From: Bugula neritina
Lineage: Eukaryota > Animalia > Bryozoa
Assembly: GCA_964035545.1 (NCBI GenBank)
Contig: OZ037766.1
Location: 26,703,473 to 26,767,472 of the forward strand
Length of the DNA: 64,000 nt
Direction: 5' to 3'
A model generated the notes under the pieces. That model had not been told where the DNA came from, did not search any database, and saw only the letters and a list, made by a program, of their open reading frames with translations. Within the stretch, counting starts at the first letter, position 1; every line of letters starts with the position of its first letter. A program made the translations under genes and the position numbers. Below are positions 1 to 51,014 of this stretch, piece after piece.

Positions 1-265
1 CCATATTGTTTTGAGTGCAATAGATTTCTCTCAGACAGTTTCTTTTTACAGTATTGCAAAATTTGCGGAGAGCCAAACTGGCAGTTGAATCGCAGTTTTA
101 CAAAAAAAACATTGTACTCACTGGGCCTACTATAAATAATTGTTACTGTATTTAATAGTTTCACATAACGCATACCAAACTTGGCATGCTGAGAAAATGT
201 TTATTAAGGAAGAACAACCATCTTCCTGAGTTATACTAACCATGACGATAGAATGTTGAGCATAC

Positions 266-37886
<37,621 letters not shown>

Positions 37887-40029
37887 GTGTACACCAGACG
37901 AATATACTCCTTGATACGCAGTAGCCCTTGGAATAACTTCAACCTACAGCTGTTATATGATGCGTAGTACTTCTTCTTTGCAGCAAGGTTACTATAGCAA
38001 CGACAAGCTTCCTTTGCAGAGGACCCAGTAATATGGATTGTAATTTGACGCTAGAGTGAACGCTAGATGTCTAGAATCTCATTTAGTAATTAGTTATAAT
38101 TGGCACTAATCTACACTCAAGGATATATTTCCTCACTTGTGGGGAAGATAATCCTTACACTTGAGTTATATAATCAGATTACGACGCACAGCAACGCTAG
38201 CTTTCGGCACATTCAATAATTGTTTGATAGCTGAAGCTGTCACCTACGTCTCAGAAAGTTGACTGCTGCTCACCTCTGACCTCAACTGCTGATTTGCCTT
38301 CCCGCCATAACTTAACTGACTCTAAATAATAAAATTAAATTATATAAAACATTTTAATATATAAAAATATTCCACGAGACTACTTTGACAGTAGTTGCTT
38401 AGTATCCCTAGAAAAAACATGCTCAGTATCCCCAGGTGATAGAATTTTATATGTGTTCATTACCAATCAATTATAGGCTGTTACTTTGAAACTATATTAT
38501 GTGGAGATATGAAGAAAATTAGATTTCTAAACAAAACTATTAGGTTTCATTTTGGTTGAAAAATATTACCCTAGGTTACAAAATACAGAAAAGTTTGTTA
38601 GAGTTGTCATAATTATACATCTGCAACTGCTTTATATTGGTAAATTCAGTGTACAAATAGAAAGTACTAAACAATGTAGATGAAGAAAAATGGTCTCTTA
38701 AGTTCAACCGATCTGGTGAATGGCAACAGACCATATTGCAAAGTATGGTCCTCAAAAAAGTTACCGGCATGTAATAAACTATTATTAAAGCCATAGCATG
38801 ATAGTATGATAGTATGAGAAAATAAGTTTAATAAAGTGTCAAACTGGGTGTTTAAATACTTGTCTATGTTTAAACAATATCTTGTCGCATTCACTTCAAG
38901 TTGTATTTCAGTTTGGGTCAATTAATTACAAGAGTTGTTGTTCTGTGACCGTCACTTAAAACTTACACCCATCAACATACCCTGAAAACGTAAGGGCATG
39001 ACACTTATGGAAATTCTGTAAAGATAGGATAAATGGTAGTAATAATAATAACTGACGTGTGTGTCATTGCCTATAGCAGGACTGATAGTAATAAGTATAA
39101 TTTAGGTGAACAGGTAATTTTTCAGGTTATAACGGCTCTGCACCTACATACCGACTAGAAGAGTCAAGTAGACGCACTAGCTACCTATTTAGCCTAAATT
39201 CTGCTTCTCCTGCTTAGAAGATGCTTTATAGACTCTGTGACATTCAACAAGTTTATCATTTAAGAAACTTAACTTTTATAACACATAATAGAAGCAACAG
39301 AGAGCTTTTACACTAATTAATGGTCATTGACAAGCACCTATGTAATGTGAAGAAGCACACAAAACAGGCATAGACTTACACTATAATTGGCCGTAGCTAT
39401 GAAGTGATAATGATAGTATAGTGTGAAATATGTACTGAAAAACTTACTTCCATAAACAATAGTGTCAAAAATTTTTGAATTTAAAAGTTTCTAATATGTT
39501 TAATTACTCACCTAATTACCATTTATATTCAAGAGGTGACTTTCCTAGCTACTGACTACAGTAAGGTAGTTCTACTTGTCTTTGAGTTTATGTACTGACA
39601 TTAGCATTACTCAGCTTAGCCTAAGAACTTACTTTGTGCCTAACTATAAACTAGAGGGGGCATATATAAAAGACTATACCACGATGAAAAGCTTAGTTAG
39701 TAAAGTTCAGTAAACAATGCATATGATATATATCAACATGAATGCAAAGTATGCAGGTAAATAGAAATCCATTAATTTCCAAAGAATTATAGTTGTTGGC
39801 CCATTCAATTACAAACAACTTTAAACTCATTGAGTGTTTAGTTTGTAAATAGAATGTAACAAATGGAAATGAATAACTCAGACCTAAACTAGAGAAATTA
39901 AAAAGCCATCTTCTATGCTTCAGTTGCAACCAAAGTATGTTAACAATGCCATCGTAGCATAAGTATAATGTATATATGTTCCAGTATCAGTAATCTTTAT
40001 ATGTATATATGTATATATGTATATATGTA

Positions 40030-40094
<65 letters not shown>

Positions 40095-40101
<7 letters not shown>

Positions 40102-40246
40102 GAAATAAAATGAGATTTGATTAATATAATGGCATTTATTACTAGTAGTTTCGTACACAAGAACGATGTGCACATCGTTCTTGTGTACGAAACTACTAGT
40201 AATAAATGCCATTATATTAATCAAATCTCATTTTATTTCTTCTAAT
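40095..40246. repeat. Perfect 152-bp palindrome (76-bp arms, no spacer)
   Basis: Centre GATGTG|CACATC at 40170/40171; the arms are exact reverse complements. Flanked by (TA)n tracts at about 39997-40095 and 40310-40510. Confidence 0.97.
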
Positions 40247-40346
40247 GTTTACGCTCTAGATTTATTTCTATAGAGCACTCTAGTAACGTTTTATAAACAC
40301 TCATTTTACTATATATATATATATATATATATACATATATACATAT

Positions 40347-40401
<55 letters not shown>

Positions 40402-40460
40402 AATCTGTGGACAGCAGATATATATATATATATATATACATATGCTTATATATATATATG

Positions 40461-40512
<52 letters not shown>

Positions 40513-41071
40513 TTTTTAAACGTTGTTTTCTTGTAATTTATAAGTAAAAATTTACATACAATAAGTCGGGTCCTCTCATATGACATCAGAAATTAAACTG
40601 CACAGTTGAGCATTACCAACTTTTTAGCGGGCTATTTAAAGGCTCCCCACTTAATGGTATAGGTATGATACAATACATATGCCAATACACATTTATGTAA
40701 TACTACTATAATACTAATAAATACTCATACTAGTAATTGTATTCTCTCTTATAACTATAATCATCAAGAGTGGATAACTTTCAATATTCTGTACTGATAT
40801 TTCATCATATTACCCACAATCCTTTTCCTGTTCCTTCTCTTCTTCCTTATACATAAAATATAACGGTCTTGTGAACTACAATTATATACTTACTTTATCC
40901 CAAACGTAAATAAGATGGCATCATTCTCCAGCTCAACAAATGGCGGATAATTTTTGCCACTGCCTTGCTTCACCATATGCATTGCTGTAGTTAAGCTTTC
41001 CTAATCTGTTCCGCTGTTTGTCTTTATAGCAGGCAGTTTTGCACCATTCTTAAAAAAAAAAATTCAGAAGT

Positions 41072-41120
41072 TCCCAAACCTCAAACCCCATCCCCAAACC
41101 CAAACCCCTCATTACAAACC
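41072..41120. repeat. C-rich (CCCAAA)-type simple repeat
   Basis: cccaaacctcaaaccccatccccaaacccaaacccc..; G-tracts on the minus strand. Confidence 0.7.
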
Positions 41121-42492
41121 CCCAAACCCCACCCCAAACCATACTATTGAAGATGTGCCATTTTTACCTACTTTCCATTTGTGCCATTATAATTACCTGT
41201 GCTATTTTCACCTAAAATTATAGGCTTAATTAGACCCGTAATTCAACTATCCCTACTCTCACCTACATGAATTTCTTTTCTTAGAATTTACTTACTAGTT
41301 TTTCGCTATTAGTATAATGATCACTGCAAATTAGCATTAAAATTAATATCATCATCAATTTTTTTCTTTTTCTGCAATGCCAAAGATATTGCAAATTTTT
41401 ATCTTCAAGATACAAGTTTTTAGGCAAGCTAATTCATGTACTACAATTAGCATATATCTATATGAATATAAATGTAAAACTATTTAATTTAACAAAGTCC
41501 TATATTAAGACTGTATATATAACTTCCAAATCAATTAATTCAGCTGACAAAGTATAACATCAAAATATCCTTTTATCTGTGCACAGTTACTGTTTCAGGA
41601 CCTGTGTTCTTATCAACAAGGAACAAAGCACTCTATGGCACACCTTCAAACAGAGGAAACTATAATATAATGCTTTTGCCAAAACTAATTTTATGTAGCA
41701 AAGATTATATAAATTGTCGTTATAATTCTATAAATTGTATATTACTATAATTATATATAACAACAAAATCAAATTTTAGATAAAAATGAGAGAAATAATT
41801 ACAGATTTGAGAGGTAGGACTAAAACAACCCATATAAATCATGAACTTTTTTGCTAAAAGGTGTGCTTTGTAAAACTCACTAGCCAAAGAGTGTAAAATA
41901 AAAATGGATAATAAAAAACGAAAGTAAAAGTTTTGTTATAAAGTTTGCTTATCTTAATTTAATTGACTCATTACAGCATACAGAGCAAAAACAACTAAAG
42001 CAAAAGCTACAAAATGGATTGAAGCTTTTCATCAATAGTACTATTTATCACAGCTTAAACTATAGGCTATTATCTCACTCACATAATATAGTTTATATAT
42101 ATCAAATGAAAAAACACATATTGTTTAGTTATTTGTTTCGGGAAAAAAAAGAGTTATGAGAAAAAAAACTTTGTATAATCAGATTGCATTTCTCACATCA
42201 GGTGATAAAAATGAAACTAGAATAAAAGTCTATTTTGAGCTTACTGGAGATGGCATATTTAGTAATTATAATATAAATTTATAAAAACAATTCAAAAATC
42301 AAAAGATCAGTTGAGATTCTTGTATTACTTTTCACACTCGCATGTGTAGCATTTTAAAAATATACTTGATATCAAAAACTTATTATATCATAATATAGTC
42401 ATGCAGTCAAATGCAAAAGGCAAAAAAAGAAATATATAGGCTATTTTACAGTTCATCAAGTTTGTTTATGGGGCGACACCTGAAAATATCCC

Positions 42493-45400
42493 TCATACTG
42501 AGGGAGTTGTTGCATTAACACTAACTGCTGCCTTGACTTTTGTAAATCTTTGTAAGAAGTTTTTCCTTAGTGTTGAGTTGGCAATGATATAAATGAAAAA
42601 GTTTCCAGTGTGGTTACAGCTTTGTAATATAAGTCCAACCTTGTTAAGCATAAAGGTGTCCGCAAAAGAGTGATTGCAGACATGCCCTATACTATAATAT
42701 TTCGAAGCAATATCAACCAGTTCATGAACTCCCTGAAAATAGCATAATGTAATTAAATACAAATAGAAACTTAAATTCTTAGCACAACCAATTTTTTAAT
42801 TACTTTATGGTGTTCTGGTGATGCATTGACTTTATTTTAATTTTGTTGAACAAATGTAAATTTGCTTAATTGAACGAATAAAAGTAATTAAGGCAGAACC
42901 TCATTAAGAAAAATGTTGTTGTTTAAAGAGAATTTGTTTCAGAACATTTAGATTGCAGTTGTAAAACCAGTCACCCAATCACTAAACACCCGTAACATAG
43001 AGTTATACGCCTCTATCACTCATATAATCACATAAGATTTCCAAAAGATCCGCAAACAATGAACAGGAAAGATCTTTTGAAAAGAAATACTACATGCATA
43101 ATGTTTAAAATAAAATTAAAATAATTAAGTTTTGAGCAATATTGATAAAAAAGCAGTGCGTGAACTATAGACCATGCAGTAGCTAATTTTCTGTTATATA
43201 TATGCAGAGTAAGGGAGCAGCCGTGGTCTTATAGGGGTTAGAGCGTTTGCCTAGTAAACACGAAGCCCTGACAAAGGCCATTGGTGGTGTTAGGAAGAGC
43301 ATCCAGTCATAATTGCTCCTGTGCCTCATTTAAATAAACCTTTAGCCCGCTTTAACAAAAACCCTTTCTATCAGGGGTTTCTCTCAGGGATAGCGACTAT
43401 AAACTTGCGTGAGTTTTTTTCATATATATGCAGAGTACACATAGTTATTAAGGTGGAATAGGCATTATTTTGTCCAATAATTCCCACTTTATAAACATAT
43501 AACTTTTAAGCTTAATTAGGAGTTTAATAAGTTTTTACTGTTGGCAGGTAGGTGATGATGAAGAATGCCAAGGTCAACAGTGAGGTGAAGGTCAACTTTC
43601 TCTGTTCCGTTACTCTTTCATCTAGCTGTGTTCTGGTTATAAACGAAAAGTATTATTAAAATCCAGATTTAATATATCATTGCATCAACTGCTATAAGAA
43701 CAGCATAGAGATTGAGTAATACTTACTGACTTACTAAATCTTTAGCCTTAGCATGGGCTCTACTAAGCTGTATCAGCAAAATTACTGTCAACACTAAACA
43801 CGCAACCATGGGTAAAATCTCAAATACGACTGGAACCAAATATATCAGCGATTCAGAAGATAAAGAATGACCAAACCTACAATAAAATAATCTTTATATT
43901 ATAAAATTACAACTATTGCACCTTAAAATGAGCATTCAAGTCAAAACACCGCTTATACAGCTTCATTTGAACTTTGATGCATCATTATGTAACTGCTATC
44001 ATTTAGATTGTAATTCTATAAACTTTGGAAATATATATAGATTATAGCAGATTCACAAATTTGATGAAAAACAATTTTGTAAAGCTAACATAAAACTATA
44101 TTTGTGCTAATAAATTTGCTTACAGATTAAAGAGTCTGTATAATTATGTGCTCAACGTTGACATCAGGTTTTTAGTTCTTAGTAAACTTACCATATAGCC
44201 ATAGTAAAAATCAAAGCCTGCAAACCAATGCAGAGTATGTAAATCAAAGCAATAGACACTTTCACTCTTTTGGGACTGGCAAATATAGCAGCTTTCATAG
44301 GAAAAATAACTACTAGCAATCTAATGATAGCCATCAGCACTGCGCTCCAGCTGGATATCTATAATATATAGTAATATTATTTTCAGCTATTATAATACTA
44401 TAAAACAATAACATCATGGCTATATTATAGCTTTCAACTTATTTATGACTTAAGAAGTTATCACTTACGGATGCAAATATACGAATTGCAATGGATATGG
44501 CAGCCAATGGCCCAATGCCATGGTGTTTGACAATGTGTGGCTGTGCTAGGAAGGCTGTAGATACACAGAAAAGTGTGATGTTTACCTAAAACAAAAACAT
44601 AATTTTGTATAATAACAAAAGTATAAGCTCACCTTTAAATCCTGAACTCTCTATAATATTAATTACATGCAAGTTAAATGCTGTTGCACAGTTATTTCAA
44701 CATTGTATTTAAGGATTTTGCGCAATTGCTAAATTTTTAAGGGCAACTGAATTGGAAATACTTTTAAGGTAGCTGCTGACACCAAAAAGTTTTAGTAATG
44801 ACAATAAACTGTCTGATACTAACTATCTTTGTCTTTATTACTAGAAATATTGGTTAAAAAATACACTATTCAATAAATTTTAACTTCACCCTATTCGAAC
44901 ATTTCAGATGTTTAACCCTGCATGACCTGCTGATTATATTTAGAAAATATTTTTCAACTCTGCGACCAGGCATGCAGTTGAGTGACTAAATAAATATGAT
45001 GAATAAATTTAATTTAATCATATATCAAAATGATGAATGAAGTTTTAGGGTTTCATAGAAGGGAAATTTTAAAACTTTATTTTTGATAACAAAGTGACCC
45101 AAAAGTGAAAATATGAGGTCATAAGAAAATTTCACAATAGCTTTCCACCCTATATCGATTTGTATTAATATAGTATTAATATAGTATTAATATAGTAGAA
45201 ACTAAAACTTCAAAGGCAAACAAACATCAGTATTATTTAAATACACATGTATAGATATGATTATTTGAGAGTTGTCAGTAATTCTTACCATCAAATCAGC
45301 AAAAGCCATTCCAAGAAGTATTTTATATGTCACCTGTTCTGTAGACATGGAAAGTGTGATAATATTTAGTATGTTAAGAATTATTCCTACAACAGATGTA

Positions 45401-46972
45401 TAAAAAGTATAAGTTTAATAGTTGTCACATTTAGGTTTCATGTTAAATGTATAAGTTGGTCTATAGTAACATATATAGTATGTGTTATATACTAACAAAT
45501 ACATTAATAAATTGAGCACACTATTATATCTGTAAATTGCTCAACTGCTCTAAAGTATATAAACTTAAAATTAAAGCTTTATAAGTGTGTATAGCAGTGC
45601 ATAGACAGTTCATCTTTAAAACTGATCATAATTATTTATTTTAAACCAACATTTTTTTTGAAACCCAAGCAAAAATCTTTGAAATATTAAAATTGATCGA
45701 TTACTATTTGATAGTTGTATAACCTGATTGACTTGGCCTGATAATATAGCATTATGCTAGTTTTGCATATTCAAAAATTTATAAAATATTTATTTAAATA
45801 AAAATATTAAGCAGAAAATATATTTTTTATACTACACTACATCTTCACCACTAAAGTACCCATATAAAATAAACTTCTGCTATATTTTGACTATAACTCA
45901 ATAAACACAATATGATATAATAAGTAATATACAATATTATATTACCCAAGATTCCCAGAAAGCACAAAATCTCAAGTACTTCTACTTCAACGGTCAAATC
46001 TAAATATAGAGATAGATTTACAAATATATACAAAGTAAGTAAAACATATTAAACATATGGGCGCAAACTCTGTTGCAACTGTGCCCCTACTATTAATTTT
46101 TGTGGCTATAATAATGGTTTTATTACAATTTTTTTTATTGTAGTTAAAAACGTTTACATTATAGTTTTAAATTTGAAATATGAGAGATGTGAAGTGTCTT
46201 GCAGTGATCTCCATTTTTATTCTCAAATTTCTGCATTTGAAATCTAAGCGGTATTATACCGACTGGGAAACACAGCTATATAAGCATCTAATTGTAAAGA
46301 CTAAATCATATAAATATACCAAAACAAATCTTTTAAAAACAGTGAGCAAGTTTCATACTCCTAGACACAGTTGAGTATTGCCTATTCTATATTATATCTG
46401 TATAATATATAGTAGACAGCCTACAGGTATAAATCAATTGTTTCAATACAACTCCTTGCCACATGGAATAAATGGTTAACAGTTATAGTTCGTGTGATAT
46501 TTATGAATCATGAAATATAGCTTTTTGCAACACATCACAGTTTCCTACGAGGTTATAATATCAAACTTTAAAGGCATATTTGAAAGCTTTTTTAATCTTT
46601 AGGCTAAAGTGAGAAGATCAAATATTTCTAGAATGCTATGTATAATAATATTTATTTTATGTTAAAAATTATTCCAGTAACTAGTTTTGGAAATATCATG
46701 CATTGTGTTGTTGATACCATTTTGATTATTTTACTTCTTCTCTTGACAAAGTTGCCTTACATACTTTTTAAAGTTTAAGCTGACATAAAAATTTTATCAG
46801 GTGAAAGAACTGATGTTGGTTATTTATGAGTGTATTAGATTGCATATACATAAGTACTCAGAAAAAGCGTTGCATGCTTGAAGCATTAGTGTGAAAACAA
46901 AACACATTTCTTACCTTCTGATGGAGAGTAAACGGTCTTTGGATTAAAGGTATGGCTGTATATATCCACCAT
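42493..46972 (-). CDS. Divergent class A (rhodopsin-like) GPCR, FMRFamide-receptor/Srw-like, ~320-325 aa
   Basis: Exons 46972-46915 (ACCATGG start), 45999-45946, 45386-45289 (GIILNILNIITLS..GMAFADL), 44585-44469, 44358-44192 (SSWSAVLMAIIRLLVVIFP), 43876-43727/43735, 43632/43625-43539 (FFIITYLP), 42732-42493 (NHTGNFFIY..LRKNF). Seven hydrophobic segments, consistent phases, no internal stops. Confidence 0.88.
43212..43421 (+). mobile_element. tRNA-Thr-derived SINE, copy 1 (in a GPCR intron)
   Basis: tRNA-like head (GCCGTGGTCTTATAGGGGTTAGAGCGTTTGCCTAGTAAACA), body shared with 54762-54977, perfect 16-bp TSD ATATATATGCAGAGTA at 43196-43211 and 43422-43437. B-box region is deleted. Confidence 0.88.
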
Positions 46973-47319
46973 GGTTGCAGTACACAGAGACAATGCCTTA
47001 GATACTGCTATATATACTTGACAAAAACATGTACAATGTGCAGAGGTATATGCTGGTAAATGACTAAATGTACAAGTTATGTATATTTATGCAGGCTGTA
47101 TAAGATAAAAAAATGTTGGAACAATAATAAAACCCATATACTTAAATAAAAACAGTGCGTAAGTGTTATTTTGGTTTTCATGACAAAGAAGCTATATGTG
47201 ATATATAAAAGTATACTGGTTACTTCGAATAAACATGTACTCAAACTACGCATTGGTAAAAATGTTGCAATTCCCCTAATGATTGTAAATATTTTTAGTC
47301 CAACATTTCATGCCTGCTG

Positions 47320-47431
47320 CGTGAGTGCGTGCGTGTGTGTGCGTGTGTGTGCGTGTGTGTGTGTGTGTGTGCGTGTGTGTGCGTGTGTGTGCGTGTGTGT
47401 GCGTGTGTGTGTGTGTGTGTGTGCGTGTGTG
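47320..47431. repeat. (TG)n/(TGCG) microsatellite
   Basis: Directly visible. Confidence 0.95.
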
Positions 47432-48296
47432 GATATATTTGTCTCCCCATCAACACGTAGAACCAAGTAGCATGACTCAAAACTTCACATTAGAAAAAGT
47501 TTATGTTTCTACTAAAGTATATTTAGAAAAGTGTGCAAACAGAAACCAGAGAGCTCAAGTAACTCCATCTTATATCAAGACACTTGTATTCTCTTTGTAA
47601 AATTTGGAAAATTGAAACACATAGATTGTCATAAAACCAATTAAGCTGAGACTTTAAAAATCCTATGAAATTTTCTGTAAATAATTATACGGATTTTGTG
47701 TAAACTTTGAGAGTTGTCTGCTTTTTAGCACAAAGAGAAAGCAACTTCTATCCTTAAGATACTATTATCACTATGTACATGAACTGCTATGAATATTTCA
47801 ATAAATTATATCCATAACTATTCACTATCACAACTGATTAAATATATATTGTATGGATGACAGATTGACTTAACTGGTACATCTTCTGAATGAGTAAATC
47901 AGAAATTACATCTCATATGTACAGATTGGTGACATGAATCATTCATTACCTCAAATTGTACAATGCTGACTCCATGTTATTGAGCATAATAATATATGTT
48001 GTACTTTTGTATTATTCTTTATTATCAAGAGTTCCTACTTTTACTTGCATTATAATTTACACCTGGTTTATATAAGCAAGGCTAGAGCATTAACCAAACA
48101 AACTGCAAAAACATTGTCAGATAAACTTAAATACATGCAGTTAGATATTTTTTGCAGAGTAGATAGCGCACACCAACATGGCACATTTCTAGTGAACTAG
48201 AATATATAATACTGCTGCGATAATGATGATTAATACGGTTAATGTAGTTTGCGTATAAATTGCAGCTAAAAGAAAATTTGGTCTTATAAGTTTATG

Positions 48297-48790
<494 letters not shown>

Positions 48791-51014
48791 TTTCAGCTCA
48801 TATTTTTAGGCACACATGAAAAAAATATTATGCTGGCAAGAGAAGGTAACCCCTGACTTTCTAAGACTAAAAATACATTATGTTATGTAAAGCCAAACAA
48901 CATTCTGATACAGCTGTAACTTTGTAATTTCTATGCTACAGTATAGTGGTAATCATTTCTCAGTGTGTGTGCGTGCATGTGTAGCACGTACATGTAACTT
49001 CTTACAAGAGAAGGTAATAGTACTACTAACTTCTGCAACCAATTTTTTGTGTATTTAGTTTGCTGGACATTATACCAACATTTTTATTTTATCAGCATGC
49101 AGCTTTAGAAATATTATCTGAACTATTAAGATGCTTTTGATAGTTTATACATTGAAGTGACAAGCTTTGCTAACTTTTTGACAGTTTAAATTAGGGTTTG
49201 TAAAAGTATCTTTTTTGCTACTATATGCATATTAAACATCTGATTAAAGGTGGAAGAATGATTATTAGTACTATACTGTCAAATCTACTTAAGGGCTGAA
49301 TTTTAGTAACCCGGCCATCGAGATGGTCTATATTTCTTATAAACAATATCGAAAGTCATATTACAGTGCATCTACAGTGCGGTATTTTACTAAGCTACAG
49401 GTCCTGAAACTTCAATTCGTGACATAGAATACTATATTTAACTCTTCAATCTTTTAAATTTGAACATTTTGTCGCTGTTTGAAAATACATAAGCCAAAAA
49501 TAGGGGTACAAGCCCTTCTTGTGAAGAATGAGACCGTGAGATATGGAGAGAGCACCATATTACTAAATATGAATTATATCCTTAGCTTGGTAAGTATTTC
49601 TAGATAGTTTTATGTGTAAATAGCTTCTTTGCTAGTTGCCAGCAAACATATCAGACTATATCTGATATATCGACGAGTCTGAATAAAATTTCACAATTTA
49701 CAAGTTTTCTATTTATTCAGTCTGGATCTAAAAAACAGAAAGTTTAGACTGCAAGCTGTAACAGGGAAAATTAATTTAGACCAGAGTTAGCATTGATAAC
49801 TATTTTTACACTTCCCTGATAACCATTGTGAGCAAAGATTCTTTTTGAATTGTTTGTCATTTTCTAAGTACAGTTTTCGTTATAATATGACAGTTTATGC
49901 AGATAAGTATTTTTGGCAAGTAATGTATTTTAGCAATCTGCTAAATTATATGGTGCAAGATGTATGCCAAGTTTCATAGGACCCATGCACTTATCTTGTA
50001 TTTTATTGCCTACTACCTTGGTAAAATTATTCTGGTCTTTATGGGAAGCTGTAAACATATTCATCATAGGCTGACAGGATGATCTACTAATATATACAAC
50101 TCTGATTTATTACTCTGGCGTAGAAAGTACCCTCGTCCTCAAAGTTCAGATTTCCTCTTTGTTTAACAGATTAAACAATTGAAAGATTAACACTGCAACT
50201 ACTATTTGACACAGCTGTAAGAAAATTCTTTGGTCTATAAGAAACTTCAGATGAGTTATAGCTATATTAATTGGTGAGGTGGTGCTTAACTAAACTGATA
50301 AAATAATAATCTGTGACAGTCAATAATATAATGGCTACCCACTAGCTTGTAATTTTAGAGAATTTATACAGTAATGTTCTTGCAATACATTAATTTGCTG
50401 TTTATACGCGCCAGTTCTAAGGGAAATTGTGTAGTTATATTGCTAAACAATCAGTTAGTTAATAGATTCCAAAGTACTATCATTATTTTATGTTCATAGT
50501 ATAGTTGTACCGAATAAATCAACATGTGATACATTACGAGTCAGCATCATCGTGTCACACACCATCACGCATATAACAGATAAATTTATAATTATACTAT
50601 ATACATGGAGAAAGCCTGTTATTATAGTCGACCATAAAACACATGCATTCAGATACTATATCCTTTTCCATGCAGATGTCATATTTATTTGGCTTTGGCA
50701 GGTTATACAACATAAATCATTAAGGTATTTGGCTATGAATAGAAGCAGGTATGGTAATGTATAATAGCCGCACAATCTTGTTGCATATGTAAAGTGAGGT
50801 TCAGTAACCTACACGGTATACTTTCACTGGTAACATTAGTTCACCATTGACAAATATTCCACTCATTGCGTTGCCTGTTGCTGGATCCACCTGTAGCTGA
50901 CAGATCGAGAAGAGGCAGGTTTACCTGGTATAACGGATTTTATAGATTCAAAAATTGGCTGTAAGTTGAGCGCAGTTATAGAAGAAAAGCATCACATCTA
51001 CATAGACTATTGAT

